From the human T2T-CHM13v2.0 reference genome, Homo sapiens: DNA of 64,000 nucleotides. A program made the translations under genes and the position numbers. The stretch is taken from the NCBI RefSeq assembly GCF_009914755.1, contig NC_060926.1; one strand, given 5' to 3'. Shown piece after piece: positions 55,806 to 64,000 of the stretch; position 1 is the first letter of the stretch, and each line of letters starts with the position of its first letter. Below the pieces are notes generated by a model. It made no database searches and had not been told where the DNA came from. It was given only the letters and a program-made list of their open reading frames with translations.

Positions 55806-57179
55806 TCAGTGATTGGTATTCTTGTTTATTTTTAATTCCATCAAACTACCTTCTCCACCAGTAGTCATGCTTATCAAAATGTTCCCCAAAGCATCATATT
55901 TGCTAAAGAAATAACTTGAGAATCTTTCTTCTTGGATTTTTTTCTTATATTTTCTTTGATATTTCTTTAGTGGTTCAGATTCAGAACAAATGTTGCTATC
56001 CATATATTTTGTATTGTCATGCATTTTAATATAGAAATCACTCATACAAATAATATAAGTTTAAACATGTTGAGTCTTCTACCCAACTTTCATAGTCTTA
56101 ACCATTCTACATTATGGAATATTCATACTTCCGTCAGGATATCTTTATTATTCTGTGTGATACAGGGTCATCTTACACAGATACTAAATGAGGGTACCAA
56201 TGGCAATCCATATATCAAATATTGTAACTGGATAAACATGTATATTATATTGTAAATCATACATAATTATATGTAAAATTGATGTATTTTATATTAAATA
56301 TTACACATACATAAATATTTTCAAATTACTAAGCTCAATTTCTTCTTTATTTTTAGATAAACTATAAATTTTTACACAAATTTTAGGATTTTCTTCATGT
56401 GCTCCTCTGGATAATCTTCCAAACTCTTAGGAGTGCATTAATCTCACTTGGGAGATATCTAGAGTAAACCTGTGAAAATGAAGCTGCTGAAGACAGGAGA
56501 TGGAGAAGAAATAATAAATGTAGACAAAATGAAATTGGCATCTCACTGAATATAGGGTTTTAGACAGTCCTTTTGAAAACTCTCATTGTTTGTGTGGAAT
56601 ATTGGCTAGTTTCGGCATAAAACAACAACAATTAACAATACGAACATCAAAAGCTTTATCTTGGTGTTCAAAACATACTGCTTAAACTATATGTAGTGTT
56701 TTCAATGTGATATTAAATTTACCTACATTACCAAACAACACCCACTAAGAAGTGAATGTATCAAGAAGCTATCCAACATAAAGATTCAATTTGGGTAACG
56801 GAATGCACAACAAATCAGCATGAATTTTGTGTACTTTCTACCATAATAAAGAATTATCTTTCAAAAAAGAAAAACTGGCAAAACATTTGTTGGAAGAGCC
56901 CTTTAAGCTAAGTGCTAAGTACAATTCATTCCAACACATTTCAGTATTCATCTTTTTCAACAATCTCATCCAAATAATCAGCTGTCATTATATCAGAAGA
57001 CAAATATATCCATCAAGAGGATGTTAGAAGAAAAGCAGAGAGCAAGACAAATGTCTAAAAGTTTGGGACAAAACACAGTAAGAACAGAATCTAGAATGGG
57101 AAAGATGCATCATGAGGACACACAGTGGAGACATAAACAGAGACTAAGTTTATCCCACAACACAATGAGGCAGAACCTC

Positions 57180-57892
<713 letters not shown>

Positions 57893-58062
57893 TAATAAAC
57901 TTTCTTAACTCTCACAGCTTCCCTTCCAGTCTTACATAGCTTGTTTCACATAAGAGTTACCTAGCTAAAGCAACTCATTTCTTTAAGTGCTGAGCATTTC
58001 CTCCTGTATAATCTCTACTTGGGGCTGCTTACCGGTTCTACTCTAGTTTCTACACATTGTCA

Positions 58063-58827
58063 TGAGATGGGATAGTTCCCTTGACCCCCTTCACAGGCAT
58101 TTCACCCCCTTCAATCATTTCACTTAGCTTGATGCTGGCCACTTCTCGCAAGAGGGAGACTGTGAGCAAATGAGTGTGTGAACCAAGTGAACAAACTCTG
58201 GAACTGAAGTGAACGAATGCTGAAACCAGCCGGTCGCACCTCTCTGGTGGGAGCAGGCTTTGTGCAGGGCCCGCAGCAGCGTCCAAGAGAGTTACAACCA
58301 ATGGTCTTTCAGCTCTGCCGTCTGGGGACGGCCAAGTGCCAACCACCTCAGGGGAGGGTCAGGGTGGCAGCCCCTGCCCTCCCGACACCCAGGTTCTTGT
58401 CCAGCATCCAGGAAGAATCAGGTCACACGAACTGTTTGAAAGGTGATGAATGCGGAAGACTTTATTTAGCGGTAGGTGGCTTTCAGCCGAAAGGGAGGCT
58501 GGAAAGGGGATGGGAAGGTGATCTTTCCCTGAAGCCGGCCATCTTTGGCTGGGCTCCTCTCCAAAGCTGCACCGTTAGTTAGGCGCATCTATTTGTAGTC
58601 TCTCTTACTCAGTTGCTTCTTGGCTTGCTGCTCAGCCACTTGTATCCTCCATGTTTAGCTGCTTGTGTTGCTCTCGGAGCTGAAGTCTTTTATGAGCACA
58701 GGATGGGGGCGGGACAGGCCAAAAAGGCAACATTTGGGCGGAAAAACAGGTTCAGCTGTTTTCACTTAGGGCCGCGGTTCCAGGCTTAAGGGTGTGGCTT
58801 AGCCCAGAGCGCAGCCCTTCTGTATCA
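58063..58827 (-). mobile_element. ERV1 MER4-group solo LTR (LTR9/MER61-like, tentative)
   Basis: A GC-rich ~765-bp island. The minus strand starts tgatacagaagggctg...cttaagcctggaaccgcggccctaagtgaaaacagctga, contains an aataaa poly(A) signal (tttatt near 58461) and ends actatcccatctca. Confidence 0.8.
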
Positions 58828-59129
58828 GTATCTGTGACATATGTATAGTCTGGATACTTAACTCTCTATTTTGCTCCAGACCACAGATCCTATGTGATCC
58901 TGACCTCATGTGTCCTCCCTTTTACTTTTCTAGATGTTTTGTTTGGTGATATATTAGATGCACTACTTGCTTTTCTGCCCCTGACCCAAATCAAATACCT
59001 TTTCTGGAATTCTTATTAAACATCATTTTTTTGACAAGAAACCTGCTATATACCTCTCCTGAGCTTGTGAAAGTTTACAGCTAGAGAACTGAGAATTGGT
59101 ATTCTGGTTTTGTTTGTTGGTTTTTATGG

Positions 59130-59348
59130 CAGAGGTCAGAAAACTACAGGCCATAGGCCAAATCTTGTCCAATGCCTGTTTTTATAAAGAAAGTTTGATT
59201 GAAATAGTCATGCCCGTTGGTTGATCTATTGCCTGTGGATGCATTTGTACTATGGAAGAGTTCAGTAGTTGAGACAGCGACCATATGATATACAAAGCCC
59301 AAAATGGTTACTATTTTGCCCTTCATAGAAAAAGTTTGCTGATCTCTG
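59130..59348. mobile_element. MER58A hAT-Charlie element
   Basis: cagaggtcagaaaactacaggcc...gccaaatc...gagacagcgaccatatg...aaaagtttgctgatctctg, with TIR cagaggtcag/ctgatctctg. Confidence 0.85.
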
Positions 59349-59599
59349 AGTTAGAATTTTTAAGAAATGAGGAATCCATTTGAGTAATGCAAATATACAG
59401 TATTTAACTTCTCCAGAAGAAAAATGGAGGAAGTGAAGGTTGGTGCAAAAGTGGGAAAGGTGGGATTTTTCCATGGCTACTCTCATTCTGGATTCCCCTT
59501 CTTCCCTTTAGAACAGATGTCCAAATACTCTCACTAATCTGCTGCAGAAAAATTTATTTATCTATGACTTCCTCTGATCCTGTGGCATGTGCCTGAACC

Positions 59600-59820
59600 A
59601 AAGCTATCCAGTAGAATTTCCTGTGATGATGAACATATTCTATATTCTGTATTTTCCAGTAGAGCAACCAATACCACCATGTAGCTATTGAGTAATTAAA
59701 AAGTTGTTAGGGTGATTGAAGAACAGACTTCTTAAATTTTATTTTATTTTAGTTAAGCTAAATTCAAATTACAATAGCCATACGTAACTAAGGGCAGTCA
59801 GATTGAACAAAACAGTTCCA
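59600..59820. mobile_element. MER3-like hAT element
   Basis: gctatccagtagaatttcctgtgatgatg...catgtagctattgagt...aaattttattttattttagtta...aatagcca. Confidence 0.7.
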
Positions 59821-60396
59821 AACTTGGATCTTCTCTCTACTTGAATTATCATTAAATATTTGTATTTTCTTAGTAGAGCGATAGATTTGATATTAGATAT
59901 GGGAATCTCCAAAAACAAATAATGCTCTTTATATTGAGTCACTAATATTGCATATGTATTAGCTCTGAAAGCTATATTTGTGTCTAAAAATAGAAAGATT
60001 CTTTATTCGATGAATGATAACTTTTTTTTTCAACCCACTCTGCCAAACCACACTCTGGGCCTTGGGGCTGTGGCTGAGAATGAAGCACAGAGACAACAAT
60101 AAACTACTGTGTACTGGGGGAAGTTATTATCAGTTTCCCATGAGAGAAAAAAGATATCACCAAGGCAGCTGGGAGATTCATCTGCCTTGGTTCTGGATAC
60201 AAGAAATCAAATTGCTCCTTAGATTTTATGTTAACCGGTCAGGATTTAGGTGAAATTAGACCTGAATTTACACGGTATACAACATCCATTTAAAGTGGTC
60301 ACTTAAAGTGGACCAAATGACAGAATTAAAGTAAATCTTTGGAAGAACACAATCTTTAATGCAGGCCCAGATAAACTTCCAGCAAATATACAGGTT

Positions 60397-60398
<2 letters not shown>

Positions 60399-60449
<51 letters not shown>
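60399..60449. repeat. Perfect (AC)25 microsatellite
   Basis: Directly visible uninterrupted dinucleotide run. Confidence 0.98.
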
Positions 60450-60453
<4 letters not shown>

Positions 60454-60559
60454 AGGCATAAAAGGTAAGAATAATTTAAAGACATGTAATGTAATACCAG
60501 AATTGCATAGACAAGGACTTCAGTGAAGTATAAGCCAGGACTTAACGTTTGAAACAATG

Positions 60560-61217
60560 TAAGAATGACCTCAGAGCTTTTCAGAAATTATCAGGGCTGC
60601 TCCTTCAACCACAGGCCCAGAGTTCAAGGGCCTGTGGAGCAGAATGATTTCAAAGGAGAGGCCCTGCTGCCAGCACTGCTTCATGTTTCAGGCTTGGGTC
60701 CAGCCCTCTATCATTCTGCTTTTCTGTAGCCCCAGGTAAAGCTCAAACAGACCCCTGCTGTAGTGTGATGCTCCCAGCACAGCTGTAGGGGTAGAATCTC
60801 AGCTTTAGTGTGTTCAGGAGTGGGGACCTCCTCCCCAGTGGGCCTGGAGGGTGTAGCATGTAGTCAAAGAAGATTATTCTCAAGACTTAGGGTTTTGGAC
60901 TTGCTGGGGACTTGTCGCTCCTTTCTTCTTTCTCTCTTTTGGAATGGGAATGTCTGTGCTGAGCCTGTCTCATCACGATATTTTGGAAGCACATGATTTG
61001 TTTGACTTCACAGATTCACAGCTGAAGAGCAATTTGCTTTAGAATGAATTCTGCCTTTAATCTCACCCAAATCTAATTTAGATGATATTTAGATGAGACT
61101 TAGGACTTACCCTTTAAAATGGATACTGGAACAAGTTAAGACTTTTGGGGCTATTGGGATGAAATGAATGTGTTTTGCATGTGAGAAGCACATCCATTTT
61201 GGGGGCCAGGGTTGTGA
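60560..61217 (+). mobile_element. MaLR internal sequence (MLT1A/MST-int), 3' part
   Basis: ggttttggacttgctggg...tggaatgggaatgtct...gagttaag-like aagttaagacttttggggc...ttttgcatgtgagaag...tttgggggccaggg (PPT-like), immediately before an LTR. Confidence 0.8.
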
Positions 61218-61586
61218 TGCTATGGTCTGAATGTTTATATCTCCCTAAAATTCATATGCTGGAATCTTCACCCCCAAGTTGATGATGTTATAAGATGGGG
61301 CCTTAGGGAGGTGGTTGGGTCATGAAGATAGAGCCCTCATGAATTGGATTAATGGTTTTGTAAAGGGAGCCTGAGAGATACCTCTCCCCAGTTGGCCATG
61401 TGAGGAAAGAGTAAGATGTAAGCTAGGAGGAAGTAGAAAGTGTGCCCCTCACCAGATGTCAGATCTGCTGGTTCTTTGATCTTGGATTTCCCAGATTCCA
61501 GAACTGTGAGAAATAAGTTTCTGTTTATAAGCCACCCCTTCCCAATCTATGGTATTTTGTTATAGGAGCTCAAATGGACTAAAACA
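61218..61586 (+). mobile_element. MLT1A/MLT1A0 LTR
   Basis: tgctatggtctgaatgttt...aaaattcatatg...gagccctcatgaattggattaatg...ccagaactgtgagaaataag...aatggactaaaaca. Confidence 0.88.
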
Positions 61587-61675
61587 GTAGGCATCCATAG
61601 TTTTTACCTAATTTTCATGGGAGTAATTCTAATAGCTAATTCATGAGTTAAAGGACCAGCAGAATGTTTCTGATA

Positions 61676-61872
61676 CAGGGTTTGGCAAACTAGATTCATA
61701 GGCCAAATGCCGAGAAGCCTGTTTTCATAAAGGTGCACTGGAAATTTAGACATGCCAGTTATTTACATATTTCCTATGGCTACATTTATTCTACAATGAT
61801 GAGCAGAGCTGAATATGGATCACTAAGCTAAAAGTATTTTTATCTGACCCTTTACAAAAATGTTGGCTGAAC
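61676..61872. mobile_element. MER58-like hAT element
   Basis: caggg tttggcaaact...ggccaaat...ctaaaagtatttttatctgaccctttacaaaaatgttggctga. Confidence 0.75.
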
Positions 61873-64000
61873 ATTTAGGTAGATAGGTAGATAGAAATAT
61901 ATTGATTATAGAAATATAGGTAGATAGACATATATTTTATTTATAGGTATATATAAAAATATCAAATATATTTCTTTACAAACATGGCATATTATGAGCT
62001 TTTAAACAAAGGTTGAACTATATCAAGTACTTTTTTCTACTGTTGGTATTATATCTGCTTTACTCTTTAATCTTTTAGTGTAGTATTTTTAAAATTAAAT
62101 TGTAATGTTAAAGTATTTTATCACTAGGATAAACAATATTTATTTATGATATCTTCTAATACACTGAGAGTTTTAACTTGAATATTGGGGGATATTTGCA
62201 TCTCTATAAATAATGCGTTTTATAAGTTTTCTGTATTATTTCTATAATTTTAATATAATTACATTTATCTCATGGGGAGGAAAGTACATTATAAATCATT
62301 AAAATGTCACATTAAGTATATATTCTGGATGTTTTCTTTAAAAATTTACTGAGTTACATAAGTTTACTGCCTCGGGAGCATTTTTGATGTTAAAAAGTTT
62401 TAATTTCTCCCACATATTTCATCTATTAGCATATTCTATGGCTCTTGAATTATAATTTCTAAAGTATATTTATGCTATTTAGTTTTGCAAATCTATTAAA
62501 AATGATCATATATAGCAATGGTCAACTATAGACACTGTCATAGCAATATCTAGATTATAGATTATATTGCCAACTAAAAATAAAATGACACTCTGGTGAT
62601 TACAAATGGTACATCATTGTTTTAACAATAAGCATTACCCTAAACCTAAGAGGGTAAAAGATATACAGTTACAGGCAATTAAATTTCCTTTCCTGTGAAT
62701 GTTTTATTTATATCCTTGAACTACTTCTTCTTTGAGGTTTTTTTTTTCTCATTGATTTGCAGGTACCTTTTATGTAATCTGTAGATTATCATTTTGTCAA
62801 TCATAATATTATGATTATATTACTCTTCCAGTCTGGGCTTGTGTTTTCATTTGGTTTATAGCTTGATTGTGGTTTGTAGCTTGGTGTTTGGGGGTGATAA
62901 TGCCTAGAGTTACTTCATTCTCAGATGGGTAGGCAATTCCTAACTATCCAATGAACCCAATTGTTACCTCCTGCAACAAACAGGTACAGAGGTTGTCCCC
63001 GTACTCTGAAAGATACTTATGTCTGGGCTTCTATGTCTGTGTCTGCTTCTTACTGCTTACAGCTTCAGGTGTAAACCACAACTTAACATGGTAGATTCTC
63101 TCGTTTTTCACTTTAATCTCTAGAAATTCCCTTTCCTTGTATTTTAACCTATGATTTTTTAAAGTATTTAAAACATTCAATATAACATTTTTGATGTTTG
63201 CAATGGAATGAAAAGATCTCAAAATATGTTCAATTCACAGTATAAACTTTTAAAAAGTTGTATTTTCTGCTTCTGTTTTAATTTTAATATTACTTTATAT
63301 ATAAATATATGTGTATATATATAATATATGTGTTTGTGTGTATTTTCTCCTAGTTTCTTTTCTGGGATGGAGTGGTGGTGAGGATTATTTTAATGTAGCT
63401 TTTGAAATTGTCTAATGAATACATTTAAAACTATAAAATTCCCTCTTTATTTTCTCTTTGGCTATATCCTTTAGGTTGGAATATATAGTATTGTCTTTGT
63501 CCTTTCCTTCCAAACAGTCTAATTTTAATGATAATTTTAAAATCTAATTTTAAAAATCTTTTTAATGCTAGTGTTACTTATTTTAAAAATACAAGTGATT
63601 TTTTTGACTCCTCTGTTATATTAAATTCTGGCTTTATTTGGTTTTTGTAAGAGATTATAACATACCAGCTCTGTGTTACGGCAGTTATTGAGTTCACGTG
63701 TGTGTGCATGCACATGCTCAAATGTGACTGTTTTCTTGTAAATGGCCTTTTGAATTAAAATTCTCTTTAATTCAAATACACAAATATGCATAGGTGCTGA
63801 GCCTGAGGAGACCACAGAGAATAGAGTTCTTCTCAGGACGAGATTTGGCAAGAGTGATGATATCAGCTCAAGCTTTCTTCTCATTTTTTTTGTTTTGTTT
63901 TGTTTTGTTTTCTAGTAAGAATACAAAGCATACACGTGGGGGAAAGAACACATGGTAATACGAAAAGAACAATCCCCAGGATCTTTTTCCCCATTCACAG

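Noticed and set aside
59437-59452. aggttggtgcaaaagt, a 16-bp match to the Hsmar1 ITR start
   Set aside because: It lacks the aattgcgg half of the core and has no TA TSD or second ITR, so it is too little to call.
63790-64000. T-rich/(TTTTG)n run followed by unique sequence, a possible processed pseudogene 3' end
   Set aside because: No poly(A) signal, TSD or recognisable parent is visible before the window edge.

Overview
This is AT-rich, CpG-depleted simian primate genomic DNA, probably catarrhine because an AluY is present. It looks like gene-desert or deep-intron sequence. I cannot support any host protein-coding exon. The supplied ORFs are chance frames or translations of repeats (Alu, L1 ORF1, Tigger1, Hsmar1). 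The window is a mosaic of old transposon fossils: 12 Alus, L1M/L2/MIR fragments, MaLR and ERV1 LTRs, and MER2/MER47/MER58/MER3/MER5 DNA elements. It also holds a near full-length Hsmar1 mariner (29923-31197) and a retroposed U6 snRNA pseudogene (20791-20890). The most unusual signals are structural. (1) A Tigger1 fossil is refolded into a ~455-bp-arm inverted repeat with a third, direct copy (24197-25770). (2) A ~195-bp tandem duplication in a MER2 has a 40-bp junction insert copied from 2.5 kb upstream. (3) A second 33-bp copy of local sequence sits 1.1 kb from its donor. (4) A 67-nt near-perfect hairpin lies outside any repeat I recognise (40279-40345). Together these look like fossil template-switch or repair events. 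I found no convincing new gene-based system. Repeat subfamily names come from recalled consensus sequences, not from a search, and boundaries of old repeats are approximate.
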